From IMG/VR virus record IMGVR_UViG_3300027971_000001: a DNA stretch of 64,000 nt, one strand, 5' to 3'. A model generated the notes under the pieces. That model did no database searches. It was not told the origin of the DNA and saw only the letters and a list, made by a program, of their open reading frames with translations. Source of the stretch: a virus. Lineage: Duplodnaviria > Caudoviricetes. This document shows, in pieces, positions 9,343 to 17,851 of this stretch; the first letter of the stretch is position 1; every line of letters starts with the position of its first letter. The position numbers and the translations under genes were made by a program.

Positions 9343-9582
9343 CTATTTTGCTTCAACTTGTTTTAATTTTATATAATAATCAGGCCGTTCCCAAAGATGA
9401 TCCATTGCGATAAGTCGGGCAGTCTTGGGACATTTGGTATGTTCCATTTCAACAAGTTTGCCTCGTTCCAATTCTTTCATTATCTGTTGCACACTCACGC
9501 CATGTTTGTCAGCAACCTGCTGTTCTGTTTTTCCAGAAGCTAAACCACTCAATAAACCTTCAATCAATTGATTGTATCGCAT
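9343..9582 (-). CDS. DUF5661-like protein
   Basis: Motif VEMEHT...ARLIAMDHLWERPDYYIKL. Confidence 0.75.
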   Translation of the reverse strand: MRYNQLIEGLLSGLASGKTEQQVADKHGVSVQQIMKELERGKLVEMEHTKCPKTARLIAMDHLWERPDYYIKLKQVEAK

Positions 9583-9670
9583 ATTGTTATTTATTAAATA
9601 AATTTATGGATCTGGTGACTTTTCTGCTTTGCACCTGTGTTTTATTTTATATATTAAGTGTGGTTGTTCG

Positions 9671-9949
9671 TTACTGATTGTTCAGATACTTTTCAATCTT
9701 TGTTTTCAGTTCTGCATTTTCCTTTAACCGTTTGCGCCGTTCCAAACTTGTAATGAACAAACCCACACTGATAGGAAAGAATATTCTCAAGAAGAATTGA
9801 AGATGATCTTCTGATGTAAGCATATTAAAGTAAGTGGTGTATAATTCAGCCATTCCCCATATTGTATAAAGTATGGCTGGTATGAACAGCATACAAAAAG
9901 CTTTGTTCCAGCTTTTCATATTTTTAAAATATTCAATTAACCTGTTCAT
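9671..9949 (-). CDS. Two-TM membrane protein
   Basis: Two hydrophobic segments and a basic C-terminus. Confidence 0.6.
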   Translation of the reverse strand: MNRLIEYFKNMKSWNKAFCMLFIPAILYTIWGMAELYTTYFNMLTSEDHLQFFLRIFFPISVGLFITSLERRKRLKENAELKTKIEKYLNNQ

Positions 9950-10002
9950 TCCAAATTATTTAACAAATGTTGATTTTGATGATTATGTTTTAAATAAAAA
10001 AT

Positions 10003-10167
10003 ATGAAGAAACTTGTGTTTTGTTTAGTTTTGACTGGATGTGCAGGCAACAACAGTTATGTGGTTCATGACCCTGAAAAGAATACCAGTGAATATAATCT
10101 AATGGACAGCCCAGATGGTATGCAGGATCCTAATCTAAGAGCAAAGACTGTTATTTTTAAATATTAA
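10003..10167 (+). CDS. Small lipoprotein, 54 aa (not in ORF track)
   Basis: MKKLVFCLVLTGC lipobox; TAAATA 6 nt upstream. Confidence 0.6.
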   Translation: MKKLVFCLVLTGCAGNNSYVVHDPEKNTSEYNLMDSPDGMQDPNLRAKTVIFKY

Positions 10168-10184
10168 TTTATATAAAATATATT

Positions 10185-10367
10185 ATGCCATTCAATTTTT
10201 TAAACAAAGATAAATGCACAAGAGATTACTATTATCAAGTAACTGGTATTTGGCACAGATTAGGTAATGATCATCCTATAAAACAAGTACTTACGTCTTT
10301 AATATTTCTGGGAACACTTGGATTGATAATTCATTTGATTATAAAACTTTTTGTTAATGATTTGTAG
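10185..10367 (+). CDS. Small membrane protein
   Basis: C-terminal TM helix. Confidence 0.5.
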   Translation: MPFNFLNKDKCTRDYYYQVTGIWHRLGNDHPIKQVLTSLIFLGTLGLIIHLIIKLFVNDL

Positions 10368-10419
10368 TAGGAATAGGCTAAATTATTGTATTGAAATTTA
10401 AGGGCATGCCATCGTTTTT

Positions 10420-11292
10420 ATGAAAATAGATTACGTGTTTTCGTTTGCTAATCATTTTTATAAAGAACTTTATAAGCAGTACTTTGATTGCGTTCTTATT
10501 AATCCACGCAACGTTTATGAGTTACAGTCTGTGGATGTGACAAAGAATATTATATTTTTATTTGGAGATCCATTCACTCTCAACTATATCAATAGGAGCA
10601 ATCTATCTGGCAAGAATATAATGTTTCTAAGACGGCATGAGTTCTATGAAAATAATTTTGAACTGCTTCAAAAAAACCGTCTTAAGATTCAGCATTTCTT
10701 TACTTTAAATTCTTTTTTTCAAAAGATATTAAGAGACTTACATGGCATTGAGTCCATCATAGAGAAAAATTATCTGGACGAAGAGCTGTGGACATACAAA
10801 GAAAGAGGTCATGGCAAAGAGATTGCTTGGGTGGGTGAATTTCAGCAACGCAAATCACCGGATTATCTGAGTGAATTATTATCTTGTTTTCCAGATTATA
10901 ATATCCATTGTGCCGTTTCACCAGGCCCATCTAAACAACTATATATAGATTTTCTACAAAACTATAATTATAAGAATCTATTTCTGTATAATGATATTAA
11001 TACCCAAGAGAAAATGAACAAATGGCTAGATAATAAAAATTATCTGGTAACCACATCCATATCAGAGGGGTTGCCTAATAATGTCCTGGAGGCTTTGGCA
11101 AAAGGTATTAAGCCCATAGTGAGAGATTATCCTGGAAATATATTTAATAAATTCGCATATAAAAGTATTTCTGAATTTAATATGCATTTGTCAGACGAAT
11201 ATAATTCTCAAGAATACAGACAAATGATAGAAAAAAATTATGGATTAAAACAGTTTTGTCAATTTAGAGATAAAATTATTAATATTAAATAA
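10420..11292 (+). CDS. GT-B glycosyltransferase, GT4-like
   Basis: EX7E motif SISEGLPNNVLEALAKG. Confidence 0.8.
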   Translation: MKIDYVFSFANHFYKELYKQYFDCVLINPRNVYELQSVDVTKNIIFLFGDPFTLNYINRSNLSGKNIMFLRRHEFYENNFELLQKNRLKIQHFFTLNSFFQKILRDLHGIESIIEKNYLDEELWTYKERGHGKEIAWVGEFQQRKSPDYLSELLSCFPDYNIHCAVSPGPSKQLYIDFLQNYNYKNLFLYNDINTQEKMNKWLDNKNYLVTTSISEGLPNNVLEALAKGIKPIVRDYPGNIFNKFAYKSISEFNMHLSDEYNSQEYRQMIEKNYGLKQFCQFRDKIINIK

Positions 11293-12241
11293 AAGACTTC
11301 TGTATTTTCATATCAAATAAACATGTACATGTATTTTTTTGACAAATAGCTGGTATATCAAATAGTTTTATTCTAAGATTTTTATCTTGTTGCAAATTAC
11401 CGAAATAACGAGTACGGCATTGAGATCCCCACACTGAGCCATCTTGTTTAATTACCAAACTATTCATGCCAGTGTAACATTTTGATCCAAAAAAATTAAA
11501 GTAATTATTTGAAATAATTTTTTGACCATCAAATGCTGTTTGTTCCCCATTAAAATATTCTACAGTAATTTTATCATTATTTGTATTATAAATTTCATTC
11601 GAAGGATTTTCTTGAATATATTTTATTTGATGTTCTGTATATAAAGGAGTGAATCGTTTTTTGTAATCATTTACATCCAAGATACCTTTGTTGTTTACAA
11701 TAACTCCATCTGTTTTCATAAATTCTTTTGATGCTTTTACTGCAATATCCCAGTATTCTGGATCCATTAACACATGTATTTCAACATGTTTTTTTCTATC
11801 AAGAAAAATATTACACAACTTTTTGAAGTGATCTATTTTTGCATATCTGGGATGAAAGCTACAATACAAAATATCCATGTCATCAATTATACGATTCCAA
11901 AAATCTAAATTATTTCCAAGATTTGTAACCATAGCAATATTAAAATTTATTGATTTAAAAAATTTAATCATATCTTCAACTCCATTGTAGAAGCTAGGCT
12001 CACCCCCCGTGATAGTGACTTTTCTTTGAAGCCTGTTTGTTATAATTGGATTATCTTTAATCAGATTATCAAAAAACTTTATGTAGGTTTCTACAACTAT
12101 GTGAGGATACATTCCTTTATTAAGATAAGGCGGACAATAGCTACACCGTTGATTACACCAGCTATTAATTACAAAATTAATACTAAAACAATCATTTGTA
12201 ATGCTTTTTATGGCAGGTTTAAAGTGGTTTTGCATGTTCAC
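11285..12241 (-). CDS. Radical SAM protein with C-terminal SPASM/twitch-like cysteines
   Basis: CNQRCSYC motif, TITGGEP, C-terminal Cys cluster. Confidence 0.85.
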   Translation of the reverse strand: MNMQNHFKPAIKSITNDCFSINFVINSWCNQRCSYCPPYLNKGMYPHIVVETYIKFFDNLIKDNPIITNRLQRKVTITGGEPSFYNGVEDMIKFFKSINFNIAMVTNLGNNLDFWNRIIDDMDILYCSFHPRYAKIDHFKKLCNIFLDRKKHVEIHVLMDPEYWDIAVKASKEFMKTDGVIVNNKGILDVNDYKKRFTPLYTEHQIKYIQENPSNEIYNTNNDKITVEYFNGEQTAFDGQKIISNNYFNFFGSKCYTGMNSLVIKQDGSVWGSQCRTRYFGNLQQDKNLRIKLFDIPAICQKNTCTCLFDMKIQKSFI

Positions 12242-13025
12242 ACCTCCAGCATAATGTATTAGATTTATTGTTGGTTAGCGAATCTACAATGTGTTTGTAT
12301 GTTTTAGAATTGGTAATTTCTTCATAGGACTGTTCTATAAGATTACCCAATTTATGCTCCATACTCCAATCCATACAACAAAGATACACGTCACCATTCG
12401 GTAATAAGACATGTTGTTTTATTTTATTTGTAGAGCATTTTATGGCTATATTACAAGTGTTGTCTATTTTCTTAAATGCACTAACATTTCCAGCTCTGCT
12501 ATTCCATCGAAAATAATCAGGAGTTAAAAAAGAAATTTTTGCCCGAGTTTTTGATAATAAGGATTGTATTGAAGAGTGTGGCTCGCTTCCAAAGAAAACT
12601 ATTGCATCGCTATTCTCTAGGCTTTGCAGGCATTTTTCAACATTATGAATATAATTATTATCTATTATTAAGTTCATTGAATTATCGTTAACCGGCAAAT
12701 GTAGAATAATATTATTATACTTTCGATTTAGAATTGTATTAATATTATCTTGCGATGCTCTATAAAGAGTTGTAGATATTCGTATATAATGTCCCCTATC
12801 CTTAGAAAGCTCAACCATCTTAAAACAATCTTTATGAAAAAAAGGTTCAGAGAATCCTGTAAAATGTATTCTTGTGGAATTTGGTAATTTATTTAAAATA
12901 TAATTAAAATTTTCTAAAGATAATTTTTTTATATCTGAATCGTATTTGGATACAAAAGAGTCTTGTGGACAGTAGGAACATTTTATTCCACACCCCGCCA
13001 CAGTGGTTATTTCTAATGCATCCAT
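12219..13025 (-). CDS. Radical SAM/SPASM protein
   Basis: CGIKCSYC motif; LLPNGDVYLCCMDW...CWRC. Confidence 0.88.
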   Translation of the reverse strand: MDALEITTVAGCGIKCSYCPQDSFVSKYDSDIKKLSLENFNYILNKLPNSTRIHFTGFSEPFFHKDCFKMVELSKDRGHYIRISTTLYRASQDNINTILNRKYNNIILHLPVNDNSMNLIIDNNYIHNVEKCLQSLENSDAIVFFGSEPHSSIQSLLSKTRAKISFLTPDYFRWNSRAGNVSAFKKIDNTCNIAIKCSTNKIKQHVLLPNGDVYLCCMDWSMEHKLGNLIEQSYEEITNSKTYKHIVDSLTNNKSNTLCWRCEHAKPL

Positions 13026-13041
13026 ATATAGTATATAGTAT

Positions 13042-13737
13042 ATGCTTAATATTGTTCTACTAGCAATTAGTTATCGCTCTGGTTCTAATTGTCTTAGATC
13101 AATATTAGACCAGAATAAAGAAATATCTGCCAAGGGTGAAATATTCAGACCCTATTTTAAATTAAACAATGTTAATCGTGACTGTCTTCTAAATGAGATT
13201 GACACACGTTTGAATAGATTTAGGGAAAGAAGTGATAAGAATAAAGTTTTTTTATATACTAGTGTTGTAGATGAAATATTAAAGCTAGAAGAGTATGATT
13301 TGATCCGTAGCATTTTACCCAATAAATCAATCTTTCTATATCGGGAAGATCTCTTGGAACAGTACTGTTCAGTTAAGGTAGGAAAAGTAGCGGGTATCTA
13401 TCAAGATACAGAGCAATCCAAAAAAGAGAAACAAAAAATAAGAATAGAGTTTAATCTTAATGAATATTTAAATTTTGTTGCTAGAATGAATCGGCATAGA
13501 GACTTCTTTTTTGCGTTTTATAAGAAATATAAGATAAATTATATTATTGTAGAATACAAAAGCATAATAAAACGGATAGAAGAAATATTTAAATTTTTAG
13601 ATTTAGAATATAAAGGCGAGCTACCAATTACTATTAAATCTGAAAGTCGTCCATTGCACGAAATTATAATTAATTACTCAGATATACCGAATAACATAGA
13701 TCATAGATTAGTAGTTGATGACATTATTTCTGCTTAA
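13042..13737 (+). CDS. Sulfotransferase, Stf0-like
   Basis: YRSGSNCL PAPS-binding loop, KGEIF, LYREDLLEQYCS. Confidence 0.75.
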   Translation: MLNIVLLAISYRSGSNCLRSILDQNKEISAKGEIFRPYFKLNNVNRDCLLNEIDTRLNRFRERSDKNKVFLYTSVVDEILKLEEYDLIRSILPNKSIFLYREDLLEQYCSVKVGKVAGIYQDTEQSKKEKQKIRIEFNLNEYLNFVARMNRHRDFFFAFYKKYKINYIIVEYKSIIKRIEEIFKFLDLEYKGELPITIKSESRPLHEIIINYSDIPNNIDHRLVVDDIISA

Positions 13738-14616
13738 TGTTCTCCTATCAATCGGACAGACCTTACAGATATCATTTTGCTTTCTATTTGCTAGAATTTT
13801 AGCAAAAAAATCTTTTGATTTCTCTGAATTAAATATCTCGCTAATAGTTTGCTTGTTTGCGTCGCCTATTATTACTTCTCCCTGATAATCATGACAACAA
13901 GGATTACATTCCCCGTTCCAATTTATAACAAATGAACCGGAGAAAATCGAGCAACTGTTGGGTATTGCTTCGGTAACTTTTTGCTGTGTCTGTTTATTAA
14001 TTTGCTCTGTTTCAGTATATTCTGCCATATTAAAATTAGGCAGCTTGTAATATATGTTATCGTATAACCCTGAGAATTTATTTTTAATATTGACCAGATC
14101 TTGTGTATTGTAAGAAAATAAGACTGTTTGTATCTTTATTTTAGGTCGAGAAGGCATGCTACCATATTTGTCAAAATAGTATTTTATTCCCTCATGTATC
14201 TTGTCTAAATCCACACCCTTTCTATATGTTGCATTTAATTCTTTTGTTGATCCATCAATACTAACAACACACTCATTCAGTTTGCTCTTGGCTAGTAAAT
14301 CTATATCTTCTTGTTTGTAGAAGACTAATCCGTTTGTAGATGTCCTGTGGTACACATTCTCTGGTATCATTTGATAGAGCTGGGACCACCTGGGGTGCAG
14401 AAAAGGCTCTCCATAATTGAAAGAGACTATTTGCACTTTGTGATTCAATTCTCTTACCTCATTCATTATTTTTTGAAATAATTCATTGGAAATGAACCCT
14501 TTTTTTCTATCCAAAGAATCAGAACCTGTTGGACATAGAGGGCATTTGGCATTACACGTGTTGGTAAGCTCTATCATGATGGAGCTAAGATGTCTATTCA
14601 TATATGGGATGAACAA
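13708..14616 (-). CDS. Radical SAM/SPASM protein
   Basis: CNAKCPLC motif, NYGEPFLHP, INWNGECNPCCHD...CKVC. Confidence 0.9.
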   Translation of the reverse strand: MFIPYMNRHLSSIMIELTNTCNAKCPLCPTGSDSLDRKKGFISNELFQKIMNEVRELNHKVQIVSFNYGEPFLHPRWSQLYQMIPENVYHRTSTNGLVFYKQEDIDLLAKSKLNECVVSIDGSTKELNATYRKGVDLDKIHEGIKYYFDKYGSMPSRPKIKIQTVLFSYNTQDLVNIKNKFSGLYDNIYYKLPNFNMAEYTETEQINKQTQQKVTEAIPNSCSIFSGSFVINWNGECNPCCHDYQGEVIIGDANKQTISEIFNSEKSKDFFAKILANRKQNDICKVCPIDRRTLSRNNVINY

Positions 14617-15325
14617 ATTTATGTTCTTTTAATTTTAATTTTGCTTCTTTTTCATCTATAAATTCATCATAAAAATAACGGGCCCTTCCTTTCATATAAA
14701 TTATAGAATAAAATTCAGCGTGATCATATAACTCTATATTTAGATCTTGGCAAGCTATGCCCATGAGTAATTCTGTTGAGAGAATGTATTCACCAGGTAA
14801 TCCTCTTGCCAGGAAACTGTTTATTCTACTTGTTAAAAATTTATCATCTTCAAAATACTTTTCTTTTTTGAATGTTTGAATTACATCAGATCCAATTCCA
14901 AAGATTCCATTTTGTATAAATCTGGGTCTTATCAGATTTATAAGTTTATTTCCATCGTATATCTTTTTATCAAGAGTAGATTCAAACATTGTTCCAAACA
15001 CAGTATTCTTTAACTCATTACCCAGCTCTATAGTACCCTGCACTCTTGAATCTGGATCTGCCTTTATTACAACATCTGTGTTGAGATCATCATACACATT
15101 GATTATATTGCGAAAGAAAGCACCTGGTGTTGCATTGGTATGTGATCTATCAAATAGATAATATATAAGATTATTATCGTGGCAGTATTTTCTTATATCT
15201 GGATCATCATTTCCATCGCTCATAACAGATATGGGACTATTAGGATAATATTTTTGTATCTGTAGAGCACTTGTTTTTAACAAATCAAAATCCTTATACA
15301 CGGGTACTATGAAACCTATATTCAT
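14594..15325 (-). CDS. GT-A glycosyltransferase-like, GT2-type N-terminus
   Basis: FIVPVYKD N-terminus; KADPD DxD motif. Confidence 0.6.
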   Translation of the reverse strand: MNIGFIVPVYKDFDLLKTSALQIQKYYPNSPISVMSDGNDDPDIRKYCHDNNLIYYLFDRSHTNATPGAFFRNIINVYDDLNTDVVIKADPDSRVQGTIELGNELKNTVFGTMFESTLDKKIYDGNKLINLIRPRFIQNGIFGIGSDVIQTFKKEKYFEDDKFLTSRINSFLARGLPGEYILSTELLMGIACQDLNIELYDHAEFYSIIYMKGRARYFYDEFIDEKEAKLKLKEHKFVHPIYE

Positions 15326-16233
15326 ATTTGTAATACTTTCTTAAATATATTATTATTGTAGTTTCTTGCATTATTTTGAAATGCTGCCAACTCTTCTGTC
15401 AGTATACTGTACTTATTTTCATTATTCAAAATATCCATAATGTTACAATCGGCAGAATCAATTTGCTTCAAGCTATTATATTCTAGGAATTTCTTATTGG
15501 CAATTAGAGGTATTTTATTGGCTATACTATGTGTGAGAGATTCTGATGTCTTGATGCTAGTATAATCCACTTTGGAGCTATCGTAAGGTATGAGTAAAAA
15601 CTTGAACCCTGCAATTTGTTTGTAAAAATCTGCATGGCTGCACAGGTCTATTGTTTTTGCGTTGCTTGAATGTATTTGCTTAATAGTCTCTTTGGATCCT
15701 TCACCTAGTAGCTTTATGCTGCAATTATTTTTTTGCATAAAAGAACTTATATATTCTATAGATATCTTATTTTCAAAAAAACGAGAGGTTACTCCAATCA
15801 TATTTTCCTTGCATGCATTTAAATTTAGCGGTGTTTCTGTTTGAAAGAAGTAGTTTTCGCTAAATGACTTTTCATATACTCCGTTGGCTATATTTTTAGA
15901 GAGTGGAAAATACTTTTTAATTATGCTCTCACCATGGCTCAATGGTCTATGATGTACAAATATAAAATTATTTGTCTCTCGAAAAACAGGATTAGTATAA
16001 AACTCAGGAATTTTATTGTTAGATTCAAGTGCAGTTATTACTATAGAAACATCAAAGCACGGCACCTGTGTCAGAGGTAATTTATATAAATTACACAGTT
16101 CTTTGAAATTATATTTGTCACACGGATTATGATGGTAGAACATGGGCGATAATCCCAAACACTGTAAAGATTTGTATATCGATAGTGCTGTGGCATGGTG
16201 GTATTCTGTATTAACAATGATCCCTATTCTCAT
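15322..16233 (-). CDS. Putative glycosyltransferase-like protein
   Basis: GT-B-like C-terminal segment (LLIPY...SESLTHSIANKIPLIA); operon context. Confidence 0.45.
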   Translation of the reverse strand: MRIGIIVNTEYHHATALSIYKSLQCLGLSPMFYHHNPCDKYNFKELCNLYKLPLTQVPCFDVSIVITALESNNKIPEFYTNPVFRETNNFIFVHHRPLSHGESIIKKYFPLSKNIANGVYEKSFSENYFFQTETPLNLNACKENMIGVTSRFFENKISIEYISSFMQKNNCSIKLLGEGSKETIKQIHSSNAKTIDLCSHADFYKQIAGFKFLLIPYDSSKVDYTSIKTSESLTHSIANKIPLIANKKFLEYNSLKQIDSADCNIMDILNNENKYSILTEELAAFQNNARNYNNNIFKKVLQI

Positions 16234-17009
16234 TTATATTTCTCGTATAAGTTTTTTAACGTAGATGTTATCTCATTTGGATCTTCCCCCGCTTTCGATA
16301 GCAAAGAGAATACAAATGAACTAAAACATTTTTTTGATTCAGAATATATCCACGGTTTACTATTACCGTGAAAATGTAGTATAGCTATATCTTTTATTGT
16401 ATCTTTTGTTACTTGGCTTGTTACTGTGTTATATTTTTGAGGTAGAAGGGTCACAGTATCGCGAAAATATAGATTAAATGGGGACTGATCATTATACCAT
16501 CTTCTTTTTTTAGCAAGATTTATCAAATTGTCTTTATGTTTTTTATCTATTATCTTTCGAGATAAGATCATGAGACCACAATTAAAGAAATTCTTTTCAA
16601 GATAATTTAAATCCAGAAGCATGTCGGGGTATTTTCTACAAGCTGCAAAATCACCAGAAAAAAGTAATAGATCTTTTATATCCTGTAATACAAGCATGTC
16701 TGAATCTATCATAACGATTTTGTCGTAGTTAAGATAAGACAACTCGAAAACATCAAATCTATAATACAGATTATAATTGTATTCTTCTTGTATGCCCTTG
16801 CATTGGTTATAATCTTCTTTTTTAACATGAATTATTTTAATTCTACTATATATTTTGGATAGTTCAGAAATAGATTTATCTGATAGATTTCCATCAGAAA
16901 GAATTAGATAATCCAGGTCAAACCATGGATTATTAGTTAGTAAGCTATTGAGCAAAGCTCTCATTGCAGGCATGAAATCATCATTTAGAGCAGTAAAAAA
17001 AGCTGTCAT
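16230..17009 (-). CDS. Glycosyltransferase family 8
   Basis: YRF, IDSDMLV, FNCG, NDQ, HFHGNSKPW motifs. Confidence 0.9.
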   Translation of the reverse strand: MTAFFTALNDDFMPAMRALLNSLLTNNPWFDLDYLILSDGNLSDKSISELSKIYSRIKIIHVKKEDYNQCKGIQEEYNYNLYYRFDVFELSYLNYDKIVMIDSDMLVLQDIKDLLLFSGDFAACRKYPDMLLDLNYLEKNFFNCGLMILSRKIIDKKHKDNLINLAKKRRWYNDQSPFNLYFRDTVTLLPQKYNTVTSQVTKDTIKDIAILHFHGNSKPWIYSESKKCFSSFVFSLLSKAGEDPNEITSTLKNLYEKYK

Positions 17010-17851
17010 ATGCTATCTTTATAATGCAAGAATTGCTCAATATCAATCTTTAGCTGCTTGTATTCCTGTTTTATTTGTATAATCCCGTTGTCTCGTTTCA
17101 ACATTAACAAAGGATCAAAACGATTATTTTCATATATTTTATATCTGTTTATATAATTGCGTTTCTCAAGTTCTCCATGATAATTATGATAAACTACTCC
17201 TTGTAAATATCCTGTTTTTAAATTTTTACATTTATTATAATATTCTTGGATGGTGTGGTAATGATTTTCTGAATAAGGGTAATATGCAAATTTTTCCTTA
17301 GCAAAGCAGCTTTGGGGGTAAGGTATCATTTTTTCTTGAATAAAAGACCGGGCCATGATCGCATCACCGGTGCCTGCTATATTCATATCATACAATCCTC
17401 CAAGATGCAGAAAAACACTTTTTTTCATGGCCCAAGCAAATCCACAATGGCCGTGTCGGTTATTCACTTGCTTGGCGTAAACAAAACCGGCTACAGGATT
17501 TAATGGTTTGTTGTTTTTGTCCAGATGATAACAAGAATGAAACAATTGAAGCACATCATATCCTTCTTCAAATTTTTCCAAAGCTTTTGAATACCAATCA
17601 AGATCCTGAAAACAAACATCATTATCTATCCAAAAAACATGTTCTGTATCCTGAATATGATTCAGGATGGCCAGATTCAATAAATTTTCTTTTAAAAAGA
17701 TTTTATCCTCGCTTTTGAATGTGTGATCAAAAGATATACCATCCTCCTGTATGCCGGAAACAATTGAAAAAGGGTATTTTTTCTTAAAAGTTTCTATCGA
17801 CTCCTTCCTGTTTTTATTATTGAAGAAGTTGAAGTAGCTTGTAAAAATCAT
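17006..17851 (-). CDS. GT-A glycosyltransferase-like protein
   Basis: WIDND DxD motif; start moved to MIFTS, a TAATG overlap with the fibre gene stop. Confidence 0.65.
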   Translation of the reverse strand: MIFTSYFNFFNNKNRKESIETFKKKYPFSIVSGIQEDGISFDHTFKSEDKIFLKENLLNLAILNHIQDTEHVFWIDNDVCFQDLDWYSKALEKFEEGYDVLQLFHSCYHLDKNNKPLNPVAGFVYAKQVNNRHGHCGFAWAMKKSVFLHLGGLYDMNIAGTGDAIMARSFIQEKMIPYPQSCFAKEKFAYYPYSENHYHTIQEYYNKCKNLKTGYLQGVVYHNYHGELEKRNYINRYKIYENNRFDPLLMLKRDNGIIQIKQEYKQLKIDIEQFLHYKDSI

